A DNA stretch of 64,000 bases from Gammaproteobacteria bacterium (GTDB lineage: Bacteria > Pseudomonadota > Gammaproteobacteria > GCA-002705445 > GCA-002716945): positions 9,525 to 73,524 of the forward strand of contig JABIVC010000003.1 of NCBI GenBank assembly GCA_018667355.1. Reading direction: 5' to 3'. Each line of letters opens with the position of its first letter. Position 1 is the stretch's first letter. The notes beneath the pieces were generated by a model. It saw only the letters and a list, made by a program, of their open reading frames with translations, had not been told where the DNA came from and ran no database searches. Below are positions 22,654 to 33,872 of the stretch, in pieces. Made by a program: the position numbers and the translations under genes.

Positions 22654-23638
22654 ATTCATTTTGCATTTCTTTATAATCATTCGCGTTATGAAACTTCGCA
22701 CCATATATTTGTATGATTTTTGAAGCACAGTAATTTGCGAATTCCATCGACTCAAGAATATTCTTGTCTTTATATTTATGCATAAATGCTCCAAGAAACA
22801 TATCACCAGCCCCCGTAAAGTCTTTAGAGTCAACTTGATGTCCATCAACTCTATGAGTTTCTTTGCCGTCATAGCATATAGCTCCTTCACATCCTAATGT
22901 TATAATATACATATCAGTCAACCCTTTAAGAAATGTTTGAGCATCATTTAGATTATTTGTTTGTGAAAAATTTAATGCTTCTTGTTCATTACAAAAAACT
23001 ATATGAGCATTATTGTTAAAAAGTTTCATCATGTTATCTCTAAAAAATGAGACAATATTGGGGTCTGATAGGGTAATAACAGTTTTTGTATCATTTTGAT
23101 TGGCACTTTTTATTGCTGATATTCCTACATTAAGTGTTTCTTCTGATGTAACTAAATATCCTTCGATTAATAAATAAGTAGAATCTTTAATTGACTCTAT
23201 ACTTATATCATTTTCATTTAATAAACTTGATGACCCTAAATAGGTATTCATTGTTCTTTCATTATCAGGCGTAATTAAAACTAGACATTCGCCACTCTTC
23301 TGGTCATTAATTTTTGGGATTACAGTGTTCACGCCAGACTGATTTAGGCAATTAATAAAATTTAGCCCAGAATCATCGTCTGATACTTTACCAGAAAAAC
23401 ATACATGATCGGAAAACTGAGCCATGGCATAAACTGTATTTGCTACAGACCCACCTGGTATGATTTTTTCTGGAGGCCTCATTGTTTTTAATTTCTCATG
23501 CAGGTCAAAGTGTTTATCGTATTCGTTTAGAAGCATACATCCTTTTTCAAGACCAAGATCTTCGAGGATCTGATCATTAATTTTATATTCATAATCTAGT
23601 AATGCATTGCCGATACCATATAGCTTATATTTACTCAT
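22637..23638 (-). CDS. PfkB-family carbohydrate/adenosine kinase
   Basis: GIGNALLD, PGGSVANT, ERTMNTYLG, DFTGAGDMF. Confidence 0.88.
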   Translation of the reverse strand: MSKYKLYGIGNALLDYEYKINDQILEDLGLEKGCMLLNEYDKHFDLHEKLKTMRPPEKIIPGGSVANTVYAMAQFSDHVCFSGKVSDDDSGLNFINCLNQSGVNTVIPKINDQKSGECLVLITPDNERTMNTYLGSSSLLNENDISIESIKDSTYLLIEGYLVTSEETLNVGISAIKSANQNDTKTVITLSDPNIVSFFRDNMMKLFNNNAHIVFCNEQEALNFSQTNNLNDAQTFLKGLTDMYIITLGCEGAICYDGKETHRVDGHQVDSKDFTGAGDMFLGAFMHKYKDKNILESMEFANYCASKIIQIYGAKFHNANDYKEMQNEFKSSI

Positions 23639-23677
23639 TCCTTATATTCCTTATAATAATTAATTAGATATTGAATC

Positions 23678-23759
23678 TACTCCTACCCCGACTCGAACGG
23701 GGACATCCGAAGATACGAGATTTTGAATCTCGCGTGTCTACCAATTCCACCATAGGAGC
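23678..23759 (-). tRNA. tRNA-Leu(CAA), CCA end not encoded
   Basis: Reverse complement GCTCCTA-TGGTGGAATTGGTAGACAC-G-CGAGA TT CAA AA TCTCG-variable arm-CCCCG TTCGAGT CGGGG-TAGGAGT-A folds as a class II cloverleaf. Confidence 0.95.
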
Positions 23760-23873
23760 AGAAAATCATTATTATATCAGAATGAAGATTATTCATTAAA
23801 TATTTGTTCTTATAATATAAACAACGCGTTATAAAATTTTAAATATTAATAGTATATCTAAAATTATGATATT

Positions 23874-24083
23874 ATGTTTTGTATGGAAACGTTGCTTATT
23901 TATTTTGTTTTAATTTCTTTATTAGTCATTATAGGTGTCTATTTTTATAAACAAATCATGCTTTCCAAGCAAATATCGCTCAAAGACACTACTCTTGAAA
24001 ATATTGAAGAAAAGCTTAAAAAACATAAGTTAATCGGTGGAAGGCACAAGAGAACTAATAAGAAAAACCCTCCGATTGTTTAA
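23874..24083 (+). CDS. small hypothetical single-pass membrane protein
   Basis: Hydrophobic N-terminal helix plus basic tail; fills the gap between the tRNA and the next gene; likely start at 23883. Confidence 0.5.
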   Translation: MFCMETLLIYFVLISLLVIIGVYFYKQIMLSKQISLKDTTLENIEEKLKKHKLIGGRHKRTNKKNPPIV

Positions 24084-24527
24084 TTAAGAGTTTTCTTTTT
24101 TCGCTGATTGAGCTAATTTAGCCATTTCTGGGGTGTATGCTGCTCCTTGCCAGAGCATACTATAGACGATTTCTTCATTACCATTTTCACATACATCAAT
24201 AACTTTTTGAAACAAGGGCTGAAATGTGTCGCTTTTATGGGAATTTTCATGATCCTCATATGATGTCCAGAATGTTATAATTAATGCTTCACGCCCCTTA
24301 AGTTCTGAGCTTAATGCTTTACCAATATTTGATCCTTCGTTGGATATTTGACCACTATTTAGAACAACCATGCCCCCAATAAATCCTGTATCCGAATGAT
24401 ATGTTTTAACATTTTCACACATCACTGCCACTCTTTCTTGAAGGTCGTCTAGCGTGTAGTTATCTTTGAGTATAACTCTGTTAATTGTTACTATTCCATC
24501 ATGCGGGAAGTTATTTATTAAGCTCAT
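24084..24527 (-). CDS. single-domain sulfur oxygenase reductase-like (dimeric alpha-beta barrel) protein
   Basis: VTINRVILK, VMC37, GFIGG, TFWTSYEDH93ENSH97 and GNEE119IVY mirror SOR N-terminal motifs. Confidence 0.65.
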   Translation of the reverse strand: MSLINNFPHDGIVTINRVILKDNYTLDDLQERVAVMCENVKTYHSDTGFIGGMVVLNSGQISNEGSNIGKALSSELKGREALIITFWTSYEDHENSHKSDTFQPLFQKVIDVCENGNEEIVYSMLWQGAAYTPEMAKLAQSAKKENS

Positions 24528-24560
24528 GGTTTATTAAACCAAAGATGAGCTAAAAAATCA

Positions 24561-24580
24561 ATATTAGAATATACTAATAT
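24561..24580. promoter_or_regulatory. perfect palindrome ATATTAG-AATATA-CTAATAT, candidate ArsR-family operator over the -10 of the SOR-like gene
   Basis: 7-6-7 inverted repeat read directly; minus-strand ATGTCA-N17-TATATT promoter has its -10 in the palindrome centre. Confidence 0.55.
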
Positions 24581-24589
24581 ATAATTTTA

Positions 24590-24617
24590 TTGACATAAGA
24601 TAGATTAAAAGTATTAT
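24590..24617 (+). promoter_or_regulatory. sigma70 promoter of the queA operon
   Basis: TTGACA (24590-95)-N16-TATTAT (24612-17). Confidence 0.55.
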
Positions 24618-24628
24618 TTTGCATTATT

Positions 24629-26751
<2,123 letters not shown>

Positions 26752-26764
26752 AAATGAGGTTAAT

Positions 26765-27088
26765 ATGGATTTTATAAATATAGCACATGCAGCTACAGAT
26801 ACTCAGGAACCATCAGCTTTAGGATTCCTATTACCAATTTTTATTCTGATTCTAATGTATTTTGTATTAATTAGACCACAGTCAAAAAAACTTAAAGAGC
26901 ATAAGATGATGCTAGAAGAGTTGAAGGTAGGAGATGAAGTTTCTACGATTGGAGGAATACTCGGTATAATTCTGAAGATTGGAGAGTCTTATATTCAACT
27001 TAAAATTTCTAATGATGTTGTAATTAAACTTCAAAAATCTTCAGTTAGCAAAATATTGCCTAAGAATTCTCTGGAGTCAATAAAATAG
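26765..27088 (+). CDS. yajC: preprotein translocase subunit YajC (start moved to ATG 26765)
   Basis: YFVLIRPQSK, LKVGDEVSTIGG; GAGG Shine-Dalgarno upstream. Confidence 0.93.
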   Translation: MDFINIAHAATDTQEPSALGFLLPIFILILMYFVLIRPQSKKLKEHKMMLEELKVGDEVSTIGGILGIILKIGESYIQLKISNDVVIKLQKSSVSKILPKNSLESIK

Positions 27089-27089
27089 C

Positions 27090-28880
27090 ATGACATCATA
27101 CCCTCGCTGGAAGTTTATCATGGTTGCTTTGGTACTTATCGTATCCATCATATATTCTATTCCGAATCTATATACTTCGCATCCAGCATTAGAGGTTATT
27201 GATAGCGAAGAGATTAATTTGTCTCAGGTAATTAATGTCATTGATTCTAAAATCAAACCTGAAAATGTAATCAGTAAAGACAATAAATTTATATTTAAGT
27301 TTAGTAATTCTAAAAAACAATTAGAAGCATATAATAAACTAAGCTTGTCAAATATCAGAACAGATTATACATTGACTAGTTATACCAATTTACCTGATTG
27401 GTTAAATTCTATTAATGCTTATCCTATGTTTTTAGGTTTAGATCTCAAGGGCGGTGTACATTTTTTACTTCAGGTTGATAGGGATAATATTAAAACAAAT
27501 TTACTCAGAGAAATTAGTGATGAAGTTAAGGATCTTATGATTGAAAATAAGTTTAGATATGATTCATTTTATAAGACTAATGACAAAATTATTGTTAATT
27601 TTGATACTGAAAAACCCATTGATGAAATTATCAAAATTACAAAAGAGACGATACCAGACATAGTAGTATCTAAAATTACTAATGGTAAAGAAATAAATCT
27701 TGAAATCATACCTTCTGAGGATTTAATCAGCAGAGATATTGATAGTTCTGTGGCAAAAAATTTAACAATCTTGCGCAGCAGAGTGGACGAATTAGGAGTG
27801 GCTCAACCCATACTTCAAAAACAAGGCAAAGATAGAATCATTGTTCAACTACCAGGATTGCAAGATTCTACGAGAGCTAAAGGAATACTTGGCTCTACCG
27901 CAACATTGGAATTTAGGCTAACTAAAGGTACACCAGAAGATTGGTATGCTTCTAAAATATCTGGTACACCAGTTATTAATTCATCAGTTTTATATAAACA
28001 TCGTGATAACTCACCTGTGTTACTCTCGCGGAAGGTTATTGTAGCTGGTGAAGACATTAAAGGTGCTAATAGTGGATTTGATTCATCAACAAATACACCA
28101 GCAGTTTTTGTAAACTTAAGTGATTATGGTGCTTCACGTATGCTTGAGACTACGTCTAAAAATATCGGTAGTAGAATGGCTGTGATATTCGTTGAAAAAA
28201 ATAAAAAAGAAGTAATAAATATTGCGGTAATAAGAGAGGCTTTTAGTAAAAGCTTTCAAATCACAGGTCTAGATATAAATGAGGCAACTGATTTAGCTAT
28301 ATTATTGCGATCTGGTGCCTTAAGCGCACCTATGGAAATTGTTGAAGAAAGAACTGTGGGTCCAAGTCTAGGAGCATCTAATATTTTAGCAGGTAAAAAT
28401 TCAATGTATTTTGGCGTATTTTTGGTTGGATTATTTATGCTAGCCTATTATAGATTATTTGGGTTAATAGCAAATATCGCACTTGTTGCTAATATAATAA
28501 TTATTACAGCTATACTCTCAATTTTTCAAGCTACATTAACGTTGTCTGGAATAGCCGGAATAGTTCTAACAGTAGGTATGGCAGTTGATGCAAATGTTTT
28601 AATTTTTGAGAGAATTAGAGAGGAAATTACTAATGGGAACACTCCAAATGCAAGTATATATGCAGGCTATAAAAAAGCTTTCTCAACAATTTCAGATGCT
28701 AATATCACAACATTGATAGCTGCCATAGCGTTACTGACAATCGGAACTGGGGCAGTAAAAGGGTTCGCTATAACACTAGTGATTGGAATATTATCTTCTA
28801 TGTTCACGTCTATCGTTGGAACACGAGCACTAGTAAGTCTCATCTATGAACGAAAAAATAATAAAGGTCTCTCAATATAA
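27090..28880 (+). CDS. secD: protein translocase subunit SecD
   Basis: LGLDLKGG, RVDELGVAQP, GMAVDANVLIFERIRE. Confidence 0.97.
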   Translation: MTSYPRWKFIMVALVLIVSIIYSIPNLYTSHPALEVIDSEEINLSQVINVIDSKIKPENVISKDNKFIFKFSNSKKQLEAYNKLSLSNIRTDYTLTSYTNLPDWLNSINAYPMFLGLDLKGGVHFLLQVDRDNIKTNLLREISDEVKDLMIENKFRYDSFYKTNDKIIVNFDTEKPIDEIIKITKETIPDIVVSKITNGKEINLEIIPSEDLISRDIDSSVAKNLTILRSRVDELGVAQPILQKQGKDRIIVQLPGLQDSTRAKGILGSTATLEFRLTKGTPEDWYASKISGTPVINSSVLYKHRDNSPVLLSRKVIVAGEDIKGANSGFDSSTNTPAVFVNLSDYGASRMLETTSKNIGSRMAVIFVEKNKKEVINIAVIREAFSKSFQITGLDINEATDLAILLRSGALSAPMEIVEERTVGPSLGASNILAGKNSMYFGVFLVGLFMLAYYRLFGLIANIALVANIIIITAILSIFQATLTLSGIAGIVLTVGMAVDANVLIFERIREEITNGNTPNASIYAGYKKAFSTISDANITTLIAAIALLTIGTGAVKGFAITLVIGILSSMFTSIVGTRALVSLIYERKNNKGLSI

Positions 28881-29782
28881 TGTTCAAAATTATCAACTCA
28901 TCTATTAATTATAATTTTTTAGGACAAAGAAAAATTGCTATTGCTATTTCTATTTTTTTGATAGTGATAAGCTTAGCTAGTTTTGCAATAAAAGGCTTAA
29001 ACTGGGGAATTGATTTCTCCAGCGGATATATTGTTCAGTTAAAGTTTGAAAAAGAAGTAAATGTTTCAGAAATAAGAACTATCTTTGAAGATAATGGTGT
29101 CACTGACTCTGTCATGCAGTCATTTGGTTCGAATAATGAAGTAATTATTAAACTCAAGGAGGAGAGTAATTTCAATAAAGAATCAGTTAATACATTCCTT
29201 ATAGACACATTATCTAGCAAACATCCCTTTAAAATACTTAAACTTGATTTCGTAGGAGCGCAGATTGGTGATGAGCTCAGAGAGAAGGGTGAATGGGCTA
29301 TGCTAGTAGCTCTACTAAGCATCCTTGTCTATATTGGCTTTCGTTTTGAATTCCTTTTCGGCATTGGTGCAATAATAGCTTTAATTCATGATGTGGTTAT
29401 AACTCTAGGCTTGTTTTCTCTTTTTCAGATTGAATTTGATTTGAGCGTACTTTCAGCTATTTTAGCAGTCATTGGTTACTCATTGAATGATACGATTGTT
29501 GTTTATGACCGCATTAGAGAAAATATTAATGTAATAAAAAGTAATTCTTATATAGATATATTGAATATATCTATTAATCAAACTCTCACCAGGACTATTA
29601 TTACATCAATGACAACATTATTCGTTTTAATTTCACTCTTTGTATTAGGTGGCCCAGCGGTCGAGCATTTTGCCTTAGCTATGATGATTGGGATTCTAAT
29701 AGGTACTTATTCATCTATATTTGTAGCGAGTACAAGCTTATACTTCCTAGGAGCAAACGCTGAGCAGAGGAGTGATATTTAG
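28880..29782 (+). CDS. secF: protein translocase subunit SecF
   Basis: GIDFSSG, HDV, GYSLNDTIVVYDRIRE. Confidence 0.97.
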   Translation: MFKIINSSINYNFLGQRKIAIAISIFLIVISLASFAIKGLNWGIDFSSGYIVQLKFEKEVNVSEIRTIFEDNGVTDSVMQSFGSNNEVIIKLKEESNFNKESVNTFLIDTLSSKHPFKILKLDFVGAQIGDELREKGEWAMLVALLSILVYIGFRFEFLFGIGAIIALIHDVVITLGLFSLFQIEFDLSVLSAILAVIGYSLNDTIVVYDRIRENINVIKSNSYIDILNISINQTLTRTIITSMTTLFVLISLFVLGGPAVEHFALAMMIGILIGTYSSIFVASTSLYFLGANAEQRSDI

Positions 29783-30558
29783 CAAATCTCAGGCAATATT
29801 TTTTTATGCAACCATTCTTTAGATGCAATTAATGTCTTAGAGTTATAAATATCATCACCACCTTTAAAATCTGTAACAAATACACCAGACTCTCTACAAA
29901 TAAGTATACCCGCGGCTGATTCCCAAATACTTATATCTGGATATATTATTAAATCAACATTACCTTCTGCCATATATACTAACTCAGTTGATTTTGAACC
30001 TATAACCCTTTCCTTTCCATCTAGCATATTCTCAATATTTAATTTAATTTTTGAGTCATTGATTACATATAATATTTTGGCTTTAGAGACGCTCCTATTA
30101 CGTATTTTAACATTCTCATGAATAGCTCCTTCGCCTTTAATTGCAGTTACTAAATCATCTTGAATAGGGTTATAGATTATTGCTGCCTCTGCGACACCTT
30201 TGTAAAATATAGTAATAGAAATATTAAACAATGGAAGTTTATTAACAAAATTATCATAACTATCAAGAGGGTTTATGACCCATACATACCTTTCTTTATC
30301 ATCATCAATATTATTTATCACATTTCCTTCGCCAGCAATGCTGTTAACTATTTTATAGTCGATATAGGTTGGACCTAGTGTATCAGTATCACCATATGGA
30401 TAAGAGTCAGCGATAACCTCTGCTATATGTTGATATAGTAAATCACCAATTTTGTCATAAGACCTCAGATCATCCTGATCTTTCGATTTATATATCTTTG
30501 AAATAATCTCTGAAGCTGACCTGCATGCTTTTAATGCTATATTTAATCTTGGTTGCAT
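29779..30558 (-). CDS. suhB: SuhB / inositol monophosphatase-family protein with degenerate catalytic motifs
   Basis: MQPRLNIALKA N-terminus; WVINPLDSYDNF; WESAAG; divergent from trmJ as in the ancestral arrangement. Confidence 0.85.
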   Translation of the reverse strand: MQPRLNIALKACRSASEIISKIYKSKDQDDLRSYDKIGDLLYQHIAEVIADSYPYGDTDTLGPTYIDYKIVNSIAGEGNVINNIDDDKERYVWVINPLDSYDNFVNKLPLFNISITIFYKGVAEAAIIYNPIQDDLVTAIKGEGAIHENVKIRNRSVSKAKILYVINDSKIKLNIENMLDGKERVIGSKSTELVYMAEGNVDLIIYPDISIWESAAGILICRESGVFVTDFKGGDDIYNSKTLIASKEWLHKKILPEIC

Positions 30559-30596
30559 ATTGTTTTAATTCAGTAAAATAACCATAATACTACAAT

Positions 30597-31310
30597 ATGT
30601 TTTCAAATGTTCATATAGTTTTAGTTAATACATCTCATCCGGGAAATATCGGATCAACTGCTCGTGCTATGAAAACCATGGGTTTTAAAAAATTAATCCT
30701 AGTCAATCCAAAAGAATTTCCATCTGAAAAATCTAATGCATTAGCAGTAGGTTGCACCGACGTTCTCAAGACAGCAAAAGTGTTTCCTAGTCTTGATGTT
30801 GCTATAGGAAGCAGTAATATCAATATAGGACTATCTGCAAGAACCAGAAAAGCTTCAATACCCGTGTTAAGTGTTGACGATTGCGTTAAATATGTCTTAT
30901 CAAATAATAGCTTGAAGTATAATATTATTTTTGGTAGTGAAGCCTCAGGTTTATCAAACAGTGATTTACTTAAATGTGATTATATAGTTTCAATACCAAC
31001 ATATAAAGATTATAGCTCTTTAAATCTATCAGCTGCTGTTCAGTTGATTACTTATGAGCTTTATCAGAAATCAAATATACATAAATTAATTACTAAAAAA
31101 TCTACTAGTTATGCAACTACAAAAGAAAAAAACTATTTCATTGAATCTTTGATAGATCTTATGAATGAAACTAACTTTATGAGCGTCAAAAATTCTAAGT
31201 CATTGACTAAAAAAATACATATATTATTTAATAAGGCTAACCTTGAATCTGATGAGGTTAATATGTTGCTTGGAATGATTAATTCTATCTATAAAAAGCT
31301 CAATAAATAG
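30597..31310 (+). CDS. trmJ: tRNA (cytidine/uridine-2'-O)-methyltransferase
   Basis: TSHPGNIGSTARAMKTMG, FGSEASGL, SLNLSAAV. Confidence 0.94.
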   Translation: MFSNVHIVLVNTSHPGNIGSTARAMKTMGFKKLILVNPKEFPSEKSNALAVGCTDVLKTAKVFPSLDVAIGSSNINIGLSARTRKASIPVLSVDDCVKYVLSNNSLKYNIIFGSEASGLSNSDLLKCDYIVSIPTYKDYSSLNLSAAVQLITYELYQKSNIHKLITKKSTSYATTKEKNYFIESLIDLMNETNFMSVKNSKSLTKKIHILFNKANLESDEVNMLLGMINSIYKKLNK

Positions 31311-31339
31311 TTGATAAGATTACTAGGTTATAGGATAAT
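31307..31339 (+). promoter_or_regulatory. IscR type-1 operator overlapping the iscR promoter
   Basis: 25-mer ATAGTTGATAAGATTACTAGGTTAT resembles the IscR type-1 consensus; TTGATA-N17-GATAAT promoter. Confidence 0.65.
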
Positions 31340-31345
31340 TACTCT

Positions 31346-31813
31346 ATGAAACTCACAACTAAAGGACGTTATGCAATAATCGCTATGGTTGATTTAGCCA
31401 TAAATGGAGTAGATGAACCTGCGCCCTTGAAAGAGATTTCCATTAGACAAAAAATCTCTCTTTCTTATCTGGAGCAGCTTTTTTCTAAACTGAGGATATC
31501 TGAGTTAGTTAAAAGTATACGTGGACCAGGTGGAGGCTATATGCTCAATAAAAGCCCTTCAAATCTAAATTTACTGGATATAATAACAGCTGTGGATGAA
31601 AAAATTGATCAGACTCAATGCGGCGGTGCAATGAACTGTATTAATGATAAACCTTGCCTGACTCATTTTATCTGGACAGATTTGAATAATAAAATTAATG
31701 ATTATATGAGAGAGATAACGTTGAGCGATATAACATTAAGAAAAGACGTACAAGGTATTATATTTTTAAGGGAGAATAAAAATGTCATCAGGAATCAAAG
31801 ATCAGAAAAATAA
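31346..31813 (+). CDS. iscR: Fe-S cluster assembly transcriptional regulator
   Basis: [27 protein letters not shown]; C-x5-C-x5-C-x2-H ligands. Confidence 0.95.
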   Translation: MKLTTKGRYAIIAMVDLAINGVDEPAPLKEISIRQKISLSYLEQLFSKLRISELVKSIRGPGGGYMLNKSPSNLNLLDIITAVDEKIDQTQCGGAMNCINDKPCLTHFIWTDLNNKINDYMREITLSDITLRKDVQGIIFLRENKNVIRNQRSEK

Positions 31814-33029
31814 ATTAAGCATACCTATTTATTTAGATTATTCGGCAACTACACCAGTTGATGAGAGAGTAGCTAAGGCAATGTCTGACTGTCTGACAAA
31901 AGAAGGAACTTTTGGAAATCCTGCATCTCGATCTCATCCATATGGATGGGATAGTGAAAAACTTATAGATAAAGCAAGAATTAATGTTGCTAACTTATTA
32001 GGTGCTGACAAAAGAGAAATTATATGGACAAGTGGGGCAACAGAATCAGATAATCTTGCAATCAAAGGAGCCGCATATTTCTATAAAGAAAAAGGAAATC
32101 ATCTTATTACTCTGTCTACTGAACATAAGGCTGTTTTAGATACAATGAGATTTCTAGAATCTGAAGGTTTTGAAGTCACATACTTAAATCCAAAAGATAA
32201 CGGTTTGGTTGATCTTGATGAATTAAAAAAAGCTATTAAGCCCACTACTATCCTTATATCTATCATGCATGTAAATAATGAAATTGGGGTAATACAAGAT
32301 TTAGAATCTATCGGTAAGTTATGCAAAGAAAATAAAATAGTCTTTCATGTAGATGCTGCGCAAAGTCCAGGAAAAGTTAAGATAGATGTAAATAAGTTTA
32401 ATATAGACTTATGTGCATTATCTGCTCATAAAGCATATGGGCCTAAAGGTATCGGAGCATTATATGTAAGAAGAAAACCTAGAGTTAGGTTGCAGCCACA
32501 GATGCATGGCGGAGGACATGAAAGAGGTTTTAGGTCAGGCACGTTACCAACACATCAAATTGTGGGTATGGGAGAAGCATTTAAATATGCTAAAACCGAA
32601 ATGACCAAAGATAATAAAAAAATTAAGAAACTTAGAGATATGCTCTGGGATGGCTTAAAAGATATGGAAGAAATATACCTAAATGGTGATTTTAACCAAC
32701 GAATACCTGGTAATTTAAATATTAGTTTTAACTTTGTTGAAGGTGAGAGTCTTATTATGGCAATAAAGGATATTGCGGTGTCATCTGGATCAGCATGTAC
32801 ATCTGCTAGTTTAGAACCTAGTTATGTATTAAGAGCCCTTGGAAGAGAGGATGAATTAGCACATAGTTCTATCAGAATGACTATAGGTAAATATACCACT
32901 GAGGAAGAAATTCTACATACTATAGACTTGTTAAAAAATGCAGTTTCAAGACTCAGATCTTTATCTCCTTTATGGGATATGTATAAAGATGGTATAGACC
33001 TGAAAACTGTTAAATGGGCATCACATTAG
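31782..33029 (+). CDS. iscS: cysteine desulfurase
   Basis: [29 protein letters not shown]-terminal W..H. Confidence 0.97.
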   Translation: MSSGIKDQKNKLSIPIYLDYSATTPVDERVAKAMSDCLTKEGTFGNPASRSHPYGWDSEKLIDKARINVANLLGADKREIIWTSGATESDNLAIKGAAYFYKEKGNHLITLSTEHKAVLDTMRFLESEGFEVTYLNPKDNGLVDLDELKKAIKPTTILISIMHVNNEIGVIQDLESIGKLCKENKIVFHVDAAQSPGKVKIDVNKFNIDLCALSAHKAYGPKGIGALYVRRKPRVRLQPQMHGGGHERGFRSGTLPTHQIVGMGEAFKYAKTEMTKDNKKIKKLRDMLWDGLKDMEEIYLNGDFNQRIPGNLNISFNFVEGESLIMAIKDIAVSSGSACTSASLEPSYVLRALGREDELAHSSIRMTIGKYTTEEEILHTIDLLKNAVSRLRSLSPLWDMYKDGIDLKTVKWASH

Positions 33030-33033
33030 ACTT

Positions 33034-33357
33034 ATGAGTATTACGATTACAGATACCGCGGCAAAACATGTTTCAGCCCATCTTTTATCAAGAGGTAAGG
33101 GAATAGGTCTTAGATTGGGTGTAAAGACAACTGGTTGTTCAGGCTTAGCGTATGTAATAGAATTCGCAGATAAAATTGAAACTGATGATAAAATATTTGA
33201 AGACAAAGGTATTAAGCTAATTATTAATCCTAAAAGTTATGCTTACTTAAAAGGAACTGAACTAGATTTTGGCAGAGAAGGTCTTAATGAGGGTTTTAAA
33301 TTTAATAATCCAAATGTAAAAGATAAATGTGGGTGTGGCGAGAGTTTTAATGTTTAA
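33034..33357 (+). CDS. iscA: Fe-S cluster A-type carrier
   Basis: KTTGCSG, CGCGESF. Confidence 0.96.
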   Translation: MSITITDTAAKHVSAHLLSRGKGIGLRLGVKTTGCSGLAYVIEFADKIETDDKIFEDKGIKLIINPKSYAYLKGTELDFGREGLNEGFKFNNPNVKDKCGCGESFNV

Positions 33358-33872
33358 TGGATATATTAAAGAAGAACTTTTTTGAATTATTTAATATAAA
33401 CATATCCATCGATATAAATAAATCAGAACTTGATGAAAAAGTTAAAATCTTCCAAACTCAGTTCCATCCAGATAAATATGCTAATGGCTCAGACTTAGAA
33501 AAGAGACTAGCTCTTCAGATTTCTTCACATGTTAATGATGGGTATAAAGTTTTAGGAGATATTGTTTTGAGAATTGAATATATTCTTAAAATTAATAATT
33601 TCACTAAAGATGAATCTAAAACTATTAATGATATTAATTTTTTGCGAGAGCAAATAGAGTATAATGAGCTAGTAGAATCATTGGAAGAAAATTTTGACAA
33701 AGATATAATTGATGAGCATCTTTCAAAAATTAGATTATTATTAAAAAATACAATAGATAGTATTAAATTATTTTTTGATTCTGAGGATTATGAAAATATG
33801 TGGCAAAATCTGTCAAAACTAAGGTTTTATACAAAAAACATCAATGAACTTATCAAGATGAGAAATAAATGA
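33357..33872 (+). CDS. hscB: Fe-S co-chaperone
   Basis: J-domain NFFELF..FHPDKY; operon position. Confidence 0.92.
   Translation: MDILKKNFFELFNINISIDINKSELDEKVKIFQTQFHPDKYANGSDLEKRLALQISSHVNDGYKVLGDIVLRIEYILKINNFTKDESKTINDINFLREQIEYNELVESLEENFDKDIIDEHLSKIRLLLKNTIDSIKLFFDSEDYENMWQNLSKLRFYTKNINELIKMRNK

Noticed and set aside
23781-23797. Inverted repeat AATGAA-N5-TTCATT upstream of the tRNA
   Set aside because: Short and AT-rich, within chance expectation.
22637-24527. tRNA-anchored genomic island
   Set aside because: No integrase and no duplicated tRNA 3' end were seen, and the accessory ORFs lie on the 5' side of the tRNA.
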